A stretch of 64,000 nt of DNA from an uncultured Acidobacteriota bacterium (GCA_963724775.1 CAVRWB010000005.1:42357-106356); one strand, 5' to 3'. Counted from the first letter of the stretch, positions 22,680-32,221 are shown. Notes: generated from the sequence alone by a model not told the origin. Numbers and translations are program-made.

Positions 22680-23813
22680 ATGATTCTTTCCGCACGGGAT
22701 TCCGATCGGCCGCCGGATTCGCCGCCTGCCGGACCGGGCGAGATTCCTCGGCTTCCCTCGTTCCTCTTCGGCGAGCAGCGGGTTCGCGTGGAACGCGAGC
22801 GGCCGCGCGAAGCGCAGGTAGGCGCCGATCTGGTCACTCGCATCCACGGACGGCGTCGCCGTCGCCGGCACACGGTCCTGGCGCTCGCGCTTGGCGCGGG
22901 TCTGATCCTCCTAGCGCTCGTGGCCATCCCCCGGCTCGGCGCGTTCCGCGCAAGGCCCGCCCCGCCCGCGACGGCCGGCACCCTCGTCATCGAGTCGGAG
23001 CCTGCGGGGTGGCACGTGTGGGACGGCGAGATCGACCGCGGCGCGACGCCCCTCACGCTGGTCCTGCCGGCCGGGCAGCGATCGCTCGTCCTGCGTCGCG
23101 GCACCGCGATGCGCGAGCTGCAGGCCGACGTGTCCTCCGGCGGGCGGACCGTCTACCACCTCGACCTGCCCGGTCCGCCGCCCACGGGCGACCTCCACGT
23201 GAGCACGAAACCGCCTGGCGCGATCGTCGTCGTGGATGGAGACGGACGCGGGCTGTCGCCGGTCGACGTGCGCGATCTGAAGGCCGGGCGCCACGCCGTC
23301 ACGATCTTGCACGGCGACCGCGTGCTGACCGAGGCGGTGACCATCGAAGCGGGGCGCGCGGCGTCGCTGATGATCCCGCTCGACGAGGCCGCAGCCCCCG
23401 CGGTTGGCTGGGTGGTGATCCAGTCGGACGTGGAGTTGGAGGTGTACGAGGGAGAGTCGCTCGTGGGCAGCAGCCGCAACGCGCGGCTGCTGTTCATGCC
23501 CGGCCGCCACGTGCTGCGCCTCGCGAATCGCGACCTGAACGTGGATGCCACCCGGATCGTGCAGGTCCAGCCGGGCGCCACGGCGAGCGTGCCGGTCCGC
23601 CTGCCGGCGGGCAGCCTGTCGGTGAACGCCTCGCCGTGGGCCGAGGTGTGGATGGACGGGGCGAAGATCGGGGAGACGCCGATTGCCAACTACGCTGCGC
23701 CACTGGGATCGCACGAGGTCGTGCTGCGCCACCCCAAGTTCGGCGAACGGCGGCGCCTCGTCGTCGTGGCGCAGGGCCAGCCGGTGCGCATCGGCGTAGA
23801 CCTGCGCGAGTGA
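22680..23813 (+). CDS. Single-pass membrane protein with PEGA-like repeats
   Basis: It has a TM segment (VLALALGAGLILLALVAI) followed by repeated beta-rich modules (LVIESEPAGWHVWDGEIDRGATPLTL; LHVSTKPPGAIVVVDGDGRGLSP; LSVNASPWAEVWMDGAKIGETP). The start is uncertain (22608 or 22680). Confidence 0.6.
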   Translation: MILSARDSDRPPDSPPAGPGEIPRLPSFLFGEQRVRVERERPREAQVGADLVTRIHGRRRRRRHTVLALALGAGLILLALVAIPRLGAFRARPAPPATAGTLVIESEPAGWHVWDGEIDRGATPLTLVLPAGQRSLVLRRGTAMRELQADVSSGGRTVYHLDLPGPPPTGDLHVSTKPPGAIVVVDGDGRGLSPVDVRDLKAGRHAVTILHGDRVLTEAVTIEAGRAASLMIPLDEAAAPAVGWVVIQSDVELEVYEGESLVGSSRNARLLFMPGRHVLRLANRDLNVDATRIVQVQPGATASVPVRLPAGSLSVNASPWAEVWMDGAKIGETPIANYAAPLGSHEVVLRHPKFGERRRLVVVAQGQPVRIGVDLRE

Positions 23814-23849
23814 GCGAAGCGAGCGGCTCCCTCGTCGCGGCCGACCTGC

Positions 23850-24452
23850 TCACCGCCGCGCGGCCACCTCGTCCCCATGCGCGTGCGCTGCACCGTGGAT
23901 CGCCTGGACCACGGCTTCCACGTAGTGCACGTAGTCCACGTAAGCCGCGACGTAGCGTCGGCCGGCCTCGGGCGTCTCGTCCGCGCGCGCCTTTGCGTCG
24001 CTGACGCGCGCGAAACGCTGTTTCACGCCCTCCGCCAGATGCCCGGCAAGCAGCTGGCTGAGCGTGTCAGCGGAACCTCGTGCGAGCGCGTCGTCGGCTG
24101 CCGCGATCGGTTTCTCGACGGAACCGGCGGGCTTCAGGCCCGTATACGGCGCGCCCTCTCCCGCGCGGTGCAAGCGAACGAGCGTCTCGAAAAAGTAACG
24201 GTCCGCCAGTTCCCTGGCGTCGCCTCCCGCCGCGCGCACGGTCAGCGTCTTCTGGAAAGCGGCCCGTACCTCGGGCTCCGCCTCTGCCTTGACCCACTTG
24301 AGGACAGGCTGGATGTCCCCGCGCTGCAGCGCCAGCCGGGCGGCGGAGACCACCGGGCCGTCAAGCGTGTCGCAGTGAGCCCAGACCGTGGTTGGGACGG
24401 CAGCGCTGAGCACAAGACCGGTGGCGAGCAGACGGAGCAGGCGCCTGATCAT
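23850..24452 (-). CDS. Secreted DUF6448-like protein
   Basis: A signal peptide is followed by AHCDTLDGPVVSAARLAL, and the C-terminus is His-rich. Confidence 0.55.
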   Translation of the reverse strand: MIRRLLRLLATGLVLSAAVPTTVWAHCDTLDGPVVSAARLALQRGDIQPVLKWVKAEAEPEVRAAFQKTLTVRAAGGDARELADRYFFETLVRLHRAGEGAPYTGLKPAGSVEKPIAAADDALARGSADTLSQLLAGHLAEGVKQRFARVSDAKARADETPEAGRRYVAAYVDYVHYVEAVVQAIHGAAHAHGDEVAARR

Positions 24453-24736
24453 GCTGTTCCTCCTCCATCGAGGATAAGGACATACCTGGACGCAGCCGTA
24501 TGATCCGCGTCATCAGACCGTGGCGTCCGGCCGGTGTCTGCCTTACGCCGCCGGTAAGCCCTTACGGGAGGCGTAGCGGCCGTTGCCGCCTGCGGCCTCC
24601 CCACGCGGAATCGCGCCTGATTTCGAGGAACTCGATGTCGCGCCTCACGAGGCAGCGGTGGCATGCGCGTCGCAGTAGCGCCGGCGTCGCTGGGCAGGCA
24701 TTCAGCCTGCCCTCCACTGGTAGAGGAGGCGTGCGC

Positions 24737-25222
24737 ATGCGTCGATGGAGTCTTGCGATCCTTGTCGTGCTGTTGATGGCGTTGCCGCTGTCGGCAGCCG
24801 ATTGGCTGGTACAGTTCGATGGCGGGATTGGGGTCATCCCCACCTCGCGAACCGATGCGACAACCGGGGCTGGGACCCGGAACGTGGTACGAGGAGTCCA
24901 GCCCGGCGGGCAGCCGTGGGTGATCTCGCGCCTGCAGGCGACGGTGTTCGCCGACGGGCGAGTGCTGGTGGACGGGAGAGGGTTGCTGCTGGCGGGCGGA
25001 GACACCATCGGCTCCAACGGCAACCAGAGCGTGCGCGCGCGGCTGTTCTGCGGAACGGAGTCCTTCATCACGACGGGGGACGCGATCCCCCTCGACGCAG
25101 CAGGGGACTTCCGGATCGACGGCCAGCTCAGCGCGGTTCCCCCGAATCCGTGTGACAGTCCTGTGCTCCTGATCGTGAACGCGGGCGGCGCCTGGTTCGC
25201 GGCGGGGATCCCGAAGCAATAG
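24737..25222 (+). CDS. Hypothetical secreted protein (161 aa)
   Basis: Starts MRRWSLAILVVLLMALPLSAADW, with AGAGGAGG 7 nt upstream of the ATG. Confidence 0.55.
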   Translation: MRRWSLAILVVLLMALPLSAADWLVQFDGGIGVIPTSRTDATTGAGTRNVVRGVQPGGQPWVISRLQATVFADGRVLVDGRGLLLAGGDTIGSNGNQSVRARLFCGTESFITTGDAIPLDAAGDFRIDGQLSAVPPNPCDSPVLLIVNAGGAWFAAGIPKQ

Positions 25223-25240
25223 CACGGCAGTACCCGGTGA

Positions 25241-25264
25241 CCGGCGAAGCTTCTGCTTCGCCGG
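25241..25264. terminator. Post-stop hairpin CCGGCGAAGC-ttct-GCTTCGCCGG
   Basis: A perfect 10-bp stem lies 19 nt after the stop at 25222. There is no U-tract. Confidence 0.45.
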
Positions 25265-25503
25265 TGCCTGTCCAGGCTGCCCGAGCGGGGCGGCCTGGCG
25301 GGGTCGAGCGGTGCCATAAACGCTCCCGCTCCGGACCCATCATTCCGTCCGCCGACGTTCACGCCGCGCTCGATCGCGTCCTGCGGTCGGCTCCTTTTCG
25401 CCCACTCCCCGCAGTTTCAACGGGCGTTTAACGGTTAAACCACCCCGTCCTGCTTGCGCCCCGCCAACGGGCCGCGCACATTGGCTGCGCGAGAGGAGGC
25501 TTC

Positions 25504-25974
25504 ATGCAGCGGTTCACGCCCATTCTCCTGGTCCTGGCGTTGGCAATCATGGTGGCCTGCGGCGGCGGCAGCGGCAGCGGGAGCGGCAGCGGGAGCACGA
25601 CGGGGCCCAGCGGGCAGACGCTCGCCGGCACGTGGAAGGCGACGAAGGCCGAGTTCGTGAACTCGACGAACTCCAGCCAGCGGGTGGAGCTGGTTGCGCT
25701 GGGCACCACGCTGACGCTGACGCTCGACGCGGCGGGCACCTACACCCAGAAGATCGTCGATCCCGGTCAGGCGGGGCAGACGACGACCGGAACGTGGACT
25801 GCGAGCAAGGACACTCTCAGCCTGCGGCCGGCCGGAATGTCGTGGGACATCCAGTTCGACATGACGCTCAGCGGCTCGACGCTCGCGCTCAACGGCGGGC
25901 ACGTGGCCTTCGACGTCAACCTGGACGGCCGGGACGAGGAGACACTGGCGTACCTGACGCTCGCGCGACAGTAA
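25504..25974 (+). CDS. Lipoprotein (lipocalin-like beta-rich domain)
   Basis: Starts MQRFTPILLVLALAIMVAC with a lipobox, followed by a GS linker (GGGSGSGSGSGS). GAGAGGAGG lies upstream. Confidence 0.7.
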   Translation: MQRFTPILLVLALAIMVACGGGSGSGSGSGSTTGPSGQTLAGTWKATKAEFVNSTNSSQRVELVALGTTLTLTLDAAGTYTQKIVDPGQAGQTTTGTWTASKDTLSLRPAGMSWDIQFDMTLSGSTLALNGGHVAFDVNLDGRDEETLAYLTLARQ

Positions 25975-25983
25975 GACAGGCGT

Positions 25984-26005
25984 GGGCGAAGCTCCAGCTT
26001 CGCCC
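25984..26005. terminator. Post-stop hairpin GGGCGAAGC-tcca-GCTTCGCCC
   Basis: A perfect 9-bp stem lies 10 nt after the stop at 25974. It belongs to the same stem family as 15369 and 25241. Confidence 0.45.
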
Positions 26006-26054
26006 TTCACCCTGATGATCGTGCTACGATGCCCGCGCCCTCCGGAGGTCTGCC

Positions 26055-27299
26055 GTGACCGCCTTGCGCGCGCTCCTGGCTCTCGTGCTCTCCGCCGCGT
26101 TCGTCGTGCCCGGGCGCCCCGCCTCACGCGCGCTGCCGCTTCTCGCCGGGGCCGCCCGCGTCGACATCACGCCCGGGATGCCCGTCGCCCTCGAGGGCTA
26201 TCTCAATCCCGAGAACCGCATTTCCGAAGGCGTCCACGATCGGCTCTATGCCCGCGCGGTGGCGCTCGGCGTTGGAGCCAAGCGCGTCGTGCTCGTCTCC
26301 TGCGATCTCGGGTCGTTCTGGTCCGGCCCGTACTTCCTCCGACTGATCGCCGAGAAATGGGGCCTGCAGCCCGACGAAGTCCTTCTCTGCGCCATCCACA
26401 CTCACAGCGGCCCGCAGCAGTCGCTCAACCCGGATTACCCGCACCCGAACAACTTCCGTTACACCAGGACGCTCGAGCGCACCCTCGTCGACGTGACCGG
26501 GAAGGCGCTTCAGGCGATGGCGCCCGCGCGCATCGCGGTCGGGCGGGGCCACGCGGCCGTCGGCGTGAGCAGGCGGACGATTTTTCCGGATGGGCGGGTC
26601 GAGATGCTGCCGAACCCGGGCGGCGCCGCAGACGACGAGGTGCTGGTGCTGCGCCTCTCCCGGCCGACCGGGCCGCCGTTCGCGGTCCTCTTCGATTACG
26701 CCAGCCATTCTCGGTCGCTGCGCCGCGCCAACAAGCAGGTGAGCGGAGACATCCTGGGGATCGCCGAGCAGGTGGTCGAGCGATCCGCCGGCGGAGGGAC
26801 GATCGCGGCCGCGTTCGCCGGCGCGTCCGGAGACGTGGACCCGGCGAGCGTCGTAGACACATTCGATGCGCCGCCCGGAGAAACGCCGCCGACAGTCCGC
26901 CTGGCAACCCTCCTCGGCGACGAGGCGGCGCGCGCCGCTGCGACGGCCGTGGACGTTCAGGGGCCGGCCGGTCTGCGAACGGCCGCTGCGCGGATCAACT
27001 TGCCGCCCAAGATCGCGGGGCAGGCGAAATGGGTGAACCTCATCGTGGTCGCGATCGGCGACGTCGCGATCGTCGGCCTCGACTGCGAAGCGTCGGTGGA
27101 AGTCGGTCTCGCCATCAAGAAGGCGTCACCCTTCGCCGCGACGTTCGTGATCACCAACTGCAACGGCTGGACCGGCTACCTTCCCACGGCAAGACAGCAC
27201 GCGGAGGGCGGGTACGAGGTGGCGCGCAGCGGCTTCGGCCCGGGCGCGGCCGACGTGCTGACTCGGGAGACGCTGGCCATGCTGGCCAGGCTGCGGTAA
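26055..27299 (+). CDS. Secreted hydrolase resembling the neutral/alkaline ceramidase N-terminal domain family
   Basis: A signal peptide is followed by AGAARVDITPGMPVALEGY...RLYARAVAL...VLVSCDL...AIHTHSGP. Confidence 0.5.
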   Translation: MTALRALLALVLSAAFVVPGRPASRALPLLAGAARVDITPGMPVALEGYLNPENRISEGVHDRLYARAVALGVGAKRVVLVSCDLGSFWSGPYFLRLIAEKWGLQPDEVLLCAIHTHSGPQQSLNPDYPHPNNFRYTRTLERTLVDVTGKALQAMAPARIAVGRGHAAVGVSRRTIFPDGRVEMLPNPGGAADDEVLVLRLSRPTGPPFAVLFDYASHSRSLRRANKQVSGDILGIAEQVVERSAGGGTIAAAFAGASGDVDPASVVDTFDAPPGETPPTVRLATLLGDEAARAAATAVDVQGPAGLRTAAARINLPPKIAGQAKWVNLIVVAIGDVAIVGLDCEASVEVGLAIKKASPFAATFVITNCNGWTGYLPTARQHAEGGYEVARSGFGPGAADVLTRETLAMLARLR

Positions 27300-27317
27300 C
27301 TGACGGTCCGATTCAGG

Positions 27318-28301
27318 CTACTTGAACGCGCGCTGCAGCGCCGCCTCCACGCGTTCGCGTCCGAACGCCCGTTCCTCGCACAGGAAGCGCACGATGCCAT
27401 CGACGTCCGGCGTTCCGGTCGTGAGGTCGAAATCGTCCGTGACGTCCGGCGAGAGGTAGATGCGGCGGACCGCGTCGGCGCCGGGGAGGACCGCCTGGCG
27501 GATCTCCGGCGGCATGTCTTCCAGACGGCCATGCTTCCGCACCAACTGAAGCGCCTTCTTCGGGCCGATGCCCTTGATGCCGGCGTTGAAGTCGGTGCCG
27601 ACGAGCAGCGCGAGATCGATCAACTGCTCGCGCGTGATGCCCAGCGCATCCAGCCAGCCGGCAAGGTCGATCAGTTCGGGCGAGATCGGCCTGAAGCTGC
27701 CCTTGCTCGGAAGGAATTCCTTCCCGGAGAACGTGACGAAGCGGACCAGCCGGGGCGTGCCGAACAGCAGGGTGTCGTAGTCCTTGCTCACGGCGGCCCA
27801 GGCCGCGCCGCACGCCGCCATGTGTGCGGCCTGCGCCTCGCCTTCGGACGGCGCCTGGACGGCGGGGATCCCCATCAGCCGCAGCAGTTCCCGGGCCTCG
27901 CCCACCATCTCGCGCGACAGCCTCGAGGTCATCGTCGATTTCGAGTAGGCCCGGGCCGCGTCACCGTCTGCACGGGCGGACGCGGCTTCCTCGTCGTATC
28001 GCTGCTTCACCGCGCGCCGCTTCTCGATCTCGGCCGCCTTCAACGGAGGAGGCGCGCCGTCGAAGACGAACGCAGGCTTGACCGCGTGCTCGGCGAGCAG
28101 CCGGGTCGTGCGGTAGAAGAGCCCCGACAGATGCGAGGTGACGCGGCCGGCCGGGTCGCGAAGCGGGGTGCCGTCGGGCAGCCGGATCAGCGCGAGGAAC
28201 TGGTACAGCTCGCCGTTGCCGTCGATGGCCACGGGCCGGCCGCGCAGATCTTCGAGGCCGATCGGCTGCTTGACGACGATCGGCGTGAGGACGACGCCCA
28301 T
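27318..28301 (-). CDS. XPG/Rad2-family flap endonuclease 1 (archaeal/eukaryotic-type FEN1)
   Basis: MGVVLTPIVVKQPIGLEDLRGRPVAIDGNGELYQFL...TSHLSGLFYRTTRLLAEHAVKPAFVFDGAPPPLK...LMGIPAVQAPSEGEAQAAHM...SKDYDTLLFGTPRLVR...LLVGTDFNAGIKGIGPKKAL. The product is 327 aa. Confidence 0.8.
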   Translation of the reverse strand: MGVVLTPIVVKQPIGLEDLRGRPVAIDGNGELYQFLALIRLPDGTPLRDPAGRVTSHLSGLFYRTTRLLAEHAVKPAFVFDGAPPPLKAAEIEKRRAVKQRYDEEAASARADGDAARAYSKSTMTSRLSREMVGEARELLRLMGIPAVQAPSEGEAQAAHMAACGAAWAAVSKDYDTLLFGTPRLVRFVTFSGKEFLPSKGSFRPISPELIDLAGWLDALGITREQLIDLALLVGTDFNAGIKGIGPKKALQLVRKHGRLEDMPPEIRQAVLPGADAVRRIYLSPDVTDDFDLTTGTPDVDGIVRFLCEERAFGRERVEAALQRAFK

Positions 28302-28399
28302 GAGGACATGACAGCCCAAAGCCACGGCCAGGTCAAATGCGTGCGCATCGTCCCTCTGCCGAGTGCCCAGTTCACCCTTTATGCTGTCCATGCGACGCG

Positions 28400-28645
28400 T
28401 CTTGGATCGGCACAGAGACACAGGGAGCACGGAGGCGAAGCCTTGGGTGGCCTTCGGGCGTTCGGCAGCCGACCGCCGCTGCGGCCGCCGGCGCCGTGCC
28501 GGGCGAGCACGCGCCGCCGACCTCAATCGCGTGTTCGCCCGGTGCGGCGCTCGCGGCCGCGCGCGCATCGCGCGCGCGAAGGCCGGACCGGTCGCTCCCG
28601 GTTGCACTGCCGGGGTCGCTCTGTGCCTCTGTGCCTCTCTTGATC
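28400..28645. mobile_element. MITE-like non-autonomous element: about 20-bp terminal inverted repeats flanked by an 8/9-bp direct repeat
   Basis: The layout is TCTTGGATC | ggcacagagacacagggagc ... gctctgtgcctctgtgcctc | TCTTGATC. The interior is GC-rich and has no credible ORF. Confidence 0.4.
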
Positions 28646-28669
28646 AGACGGTGAACCATAGGTAGCTCT

Positions 28670-28939
28670 TCACGCGCCATACCGTTCCCTGGCCCGCTCG
28701 CGGGCCTTGCGTGCTTCCACCTCACGGTTGCGCGGAGCGGCGCTCGTTTGCAGCGAGTCGACCAGGCGCCGTGCGGCTCTGGTCACCTCCTCCACGGCAT
28801 GGTTGAACGCCTCCTCGTTGGCGCGCGACGGCGCGGCGACGCCGCTCAATTTGCGGACGAACTGCAGCGCCGAGGCGCGGACTTCCTCGTCGGTGGCGGG
28901 GGGATCGAAGTTCGCGAGGGTCTTGATGTTCCTGCACAT
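28670..28939 (-). CDS. DUF2277 family protein
   Basis: MCRNIKTLANFDPPATDEEVRASALQFVRKLSGVAAPSRANEEAFNHAVEEV... starts at ATG 28939. Confidence 0.7.
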   Translation of the reverse strand: MCRNIKTLANFDPPATDEEVRASALQFVRKLSGVAAPSRANEEAFNHAVEEVTRAARRLVDSLQTSAAPRNREVEARKARERARERYGA

Positions 28940-29190
28940 GGGCGCGCTCCCGTCTTCGCAGACATTCAGCTTACGACAACCGGCCTCGGCTCTGTACATG
29001 AGCGGACCGTCACCCTCGCGGCTGCCCGAATCTCGGCGGCTGCCTCAGGCTTTCGTGTAAGCTCGTTAGTGGGCAACCAAACAAGCAACCTGCTCAAACG
29101 GCGTTGAGCCGTCTCGTCGTTCGTGCCGCACAGACTGGCGCGCGAGCGGCGTGCGTCCATCCATGGGTCGGTGTCTCGAGAGGAGACAGC

Positions 29191-29868
29191 ATGCACAGAG
29201 CGTTGATCGTGTCCGCGTTGCTGGGTCTTTCTGCCGCCGCCGTTTCGGCGCAGGACCCGGTGCAAGTCGCCCCCTCGCAATGCAAGGTCGCATTCGAGAA
29301 CGAGTACGTGCGCGTCCTGAGCTGGGCCGAGAACCCTGGCGACAAGGTGCCGATGCACCAGCACCCGGCGATGGTCACCGTGTCGCTCTCCCCGAGCAAG
29401 ACCCGCTTTACCTCGGCCGACGGGAAAACGAGGGAGTCCGACGGCGCCGCGGGCGAGGCGACGTTCAGCGGCCCCGACACGCACTCGAGTGTGAACCTCA
29501 GTGACAAGCCTGGCGAGACCATCCAGGTGGAACTGAAGGGAAAGCCTCCCGCCGCCATCACCGCCGTCCCGGCCGCCGAGGACCCCGTCAAGGTCGATCC
29601 GAAGCACTACCAGTTGGTGCTGGAGAACGATCGGGTCCGCGTGCTGCGCATCCACTACGGGCCAAACGAGAAGTCGGTGATGCATGCGCATCCCGCGGCC
29701 GTCGCCGTCTTCCTGGCGGCCGGCCACACGAAGTTCGGCTTGCCGGACGGCAAGACGCTCGAGTCCGACTTCGTGGCGGGGCAGGTGCAATGGACCGACA
29801 AGGGTCAGCACCTCCCGGAGAACACCACGAGCCAGCCGTTCGATCTGATCCTGGTCGAACTGCGGTAG
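29191..29868 (+). CDS. Secreted protein with two tandem cupin-like repeats
   Basis: A signal peptide (MHRALIVSALLGLSAAAVSAQ) is followed by two similar halves: DPVQVAPSQCKVAFENEYVRVL...MHQHP and DPVKVDPKHYQLVLENDRVRVL...MHAHP. Confidence 0.6.
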   Translation: MHRALIVSALLGLSAAAVSAQDPVQVAPSQCKVAFENEYVRVLSWAENPGDKVPMHQHPAMVTVSLSPSKTRFTSADGKTRESDGAAGEATFSGPDTHSSVNLSDKPGETIQVELKGKPPAAITAVPAAEDPVKVDPKHYQLVLENDRVRVLRIHYGPNEKSVMHAHPAAVAVFLAAGHTKFGLPDGKTLESDFVAGQVQWTDKGQHLPENTTSQPFDLILVELR

Positions 29869-29876
29869 CCGTCTGG

Positions 29877-29904
29877 CGGCGCCCGGCATTGGTGCCGGGC
29901 GCCG
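29877..29904 (+). terminator. Stem-loop terminator candidate
   Basis: cggcgcccggca-ttgg-tgccgggcgccg forms a 12-bp perfect stem starting 9 nt after the stop at 29868. Confidence 0.5.
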
Positions 29905-30190
29905 CACGACTGCACCAGCCCCTCCCGCTCCGCTCCGGCCGTCCCCTTCGATCCCATTTTCGCCACGCCGCCCGTTTACCGGCCGAGTTACCGCTTTCGA
30001 TTCACGAAAGCGGTTGATGCTTCCGGCGCCTCCGAGGAGGGAATGGCCAGGGCGAAGCGCCCGCGCGATCGGCCGGAATCGCGCCTGTTTCCAGAGGATC
30101 GCCATGCCGACTCGGATGTCTCCGCAAAACGGACCAGGTGGTACCTCGGTTGCACTGTCGAGCCGTCGAGAAGATTCCGGAGATCGACCG

Positions 30191-31069
30191 ATGCCAACCC
30201 ACACCTCGCCCGGCGCAGAAATGTCCGTCACTCCCGGCGCCATGCCGCCGCCCCTCTTGCAGACGGAGGCGTCGCACGGTGCTGCGAAGGACGACGGCAA
30301 GGACGCCAGAAAGAAGAGGAAGCACCGGAACGCGAAGGTCAGGGGTGCGTGGATTGCCTTCGTCGGGCGCATCGTGGCGCAGTTTGTCGGATCAGCCGCC
30401 AGCATTGTCCTGGGGCTCGCCTTGATCAACAGCCACCAGGCGCCTGCCGCGGCCTCGCGGCAAGCGACGGTGGCGGTTCGCCCGGCGATGACGCAGCCAG
30501 GCCGCGTCGTGTCGCTGACCGCGAAGCGGAACGGCGTGAGACCCTCGCTCGTCGTGCTCCCGATGGAGAACTTCTCGGCTGAGGCCGGGCAGGAGCCGCT
30601 CGCCAGGCAACTGACCGTGGTGATCACCGCGTCGCTGGCAGAGAAGAGTTCCCTGGCCGTGATCTCCCGCACGTCGGCGATGAGCCTCCTGCAACAGGGA
30701 AAGACGCTGCCCGAGATCGCGAGGGAGCTCGACGTGGACTACGTGCTCGAGGGGTCAGTGACGCGGGACAGTCGTCGCGTTCGCATCGTCGCCCACTTGA
30801 TCGACGGCCGCTCCGACGAACACGTGTGGGCGTCCAGCTATGACCGTCCGCTGAACGACCTGCTTGGCGTTGAGGGCGAGGTGGCGAAGCGGATCGCGGC
30901 CGACGTCGGTGCCGTGCTGGCGGACAGCGCCAGCCTCCGGCAAGAACCAGCCGCCGGCGTTGCGGTGGAACCGGCCAGCCGCCCGGCCGGGCCCTCCCCG
31001 GTGAGCGGTCCTTCCCGGCCCGCTTCGAAACCCGGGGCTGCCACGCGCCCCACCAGCAGCGAAGGGTGA
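30191..31069 (+). CDS. Membrane-anchored protein with a TolB-N/FlgO-like periplasmic domain and a Pro/Ala-rich tail
   Basis: A TM segment (WIAFVGRIVAQFVGSAASIVLGLALI) is followed by LVVLPMENFSAEAGQEPLARQLTVVITASLAEKSSLAVISRTSAM...IARELDVDYVLEGSVTRDSRRVRIVAHLIDGRSDEHVWASSYDR. The start is uncertain. Confidence 0.5.
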   Translation: MPTHTSPGAEMSVTPGAMPPPLLQTEASHGAAKDDGKDARKKRKHRNAKVRGAWIAFVGRIVAQFVGSAASIVLGLALINSHQAPAAASRQATVAVRPAMTQPGRVVSLTAKRNGVRPSLVVLPMENFSAEAGQEPLARQLTVVITASLAEKSSLAVISRTSAMSLLQQGKTLPEIARELDVDYVLEGSVTRDSRRVRIVAHLIDGRSDEHVWASSYDRPLNDLLGVEGEVAKRIAADVGAVLADSASLRQEPAAGVAVEPASRPAGPSPVSGPSRPASKPGAATRPTSSEG

Positions 31070-31138
31070 CCCTGCAGAACCACCTCGCAGAACCAGCTCT
31101 TGCCTGCGCCCTGCTCTTGTCGCAAGATCCTGGTTCTG

Positions 31139-32218
31139 ATGCCTCATTCCCTTCGCGTCCTCGTCGTCGGCTGCGGCCACATGGGCGCAGCGCATGCCCG
31201 CGCCTACCACCGATCGGGCTCGGGGTTCGAGATCGCCGGCCTCGTCTCCCGGGGGGCCACGTCTCGAGCCAGGCTCAACGAGGACTTGGGCGGCGCTTAC
31301 CCGGAGTTTGCCGACTACGAGGTGGCGCTCGCAAAGACACGGCCCGACGTCGTCTGCATCAGCACGTACCCGGAAACGCACGCAGCGTATGCCATCGAGG
31401 CGATGGAGAGGGGCGCGCACGTCTTTCTCGAGAAACCGGTCGCCGACAACCTGGATGATTGCGAGAAGGTGCTCGATGCGGCGCGGCGCCTTCGGCGCAA
31501 GCTGGTCGTCGGCTACATCCTGCACGTGCATCCGGTCTGGAACCGGTTCACCGAGCTGGCCCGCACGCTCGGCACGCCCCTCGTGATGCGCATGAACTTG
31601 AACCAGCAGAGTTCCGGCGCGAACTGGGAGACGCACAAGAACCTGCTCCGCAGCGCGTCGCCGATCGTCGATTGCGGCGTGCACTACGTCGACGTCATGT
31701 GCCGCATGACCGGCTCGCGGCCGGTGAGCGTCACCGGCCTGGGCGCCCGGCTGACGGACGAGATCGCGCCCGGACACGTGAACTACGGCCACCTCCAGGT
31801 GACGTTTGCCGACGGATCGGTGGGTTGGTACGAGGCGGGCTGGGGCCCGATGATGAGCGAGACGGCGTTCTTCGTCAAAGACGTGATCGGGCCGAACGGC
31901 TCGGTCAGCATCGTGGCGAAGGAGGCCGCCAGCGCCGGCCGGTCCGCGGATATCAGCGCGCACACGCAGACCGAGGCGTTGCTCGTGCACCACGCGGCGA
32001 TCGGCCCGGACGGCGAATTCTCACGGCGCGACGAGCTCGTCGAGGTGAACGACGAGCCCGGCCACGACGAGCTGTGCCAGCGGGAACAGGAGTTCTTGCT
32101 CCGCACGATCCGAGAAGACGCCGACCTCACCACCCACTGGCAGGGCGCGTACGACAGCCTCCGGATCGTCCTCGCCGCCGACCAGTCCTCCCGTGAAGGC
32201 CGAACCGTGCAGTTGTGA
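31139..32218 (+). CDS. Gfo/Idh/MocA family oxidoreductase
   Basis: LRVLVVGCGHMGAAHARAY (Rossmann fold) and HVFLEKPVA (the EKP motif). Confidence 0.85.
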   Translation: MPHSLRVLVVGCGHMGAAHARAYHRSGSGFEIAGLVSRGATSRARLNEDLGGAYPEFADYEVALAKTRPDVVCISTYPETHAAYAIEAMERGAHVFLEKPVADNLDDCEKVLDAARRLRRKLVVGYILHVHPVWNRFTELARTLGTPLVMRMNLNQQSSGANWETHKNLLRSASPIVDCGVHYVDVMCRMTGSRPVSVTGLGARLTDEIAPGHVNYGHLQVTFADGSVGWYEAGWGPMMSETAFFVKDVIGPNGSVSIVAKEAASAGRSADISAHTQTEALLVHHAAIGPDGEFSRRDELVEVNDEPGHDELCQREQEFLLRTIREDADLTTHWQGAYDSLRIVLAADQSSREGRTVQL

Positions 32219-32221
32219 CCG

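Noticed and set aside
28302-28669. ORFs of 100-117 aa in the DUF2277-FEN1 spacer (28363..28665 plus strand, 28372..28725 minus strand)
   Set aside because: Their Arg/Ala/Gly-rich translations span the inverted-repeat element and have no start context. The region is better explained as a non-coding MITE-like insertion.
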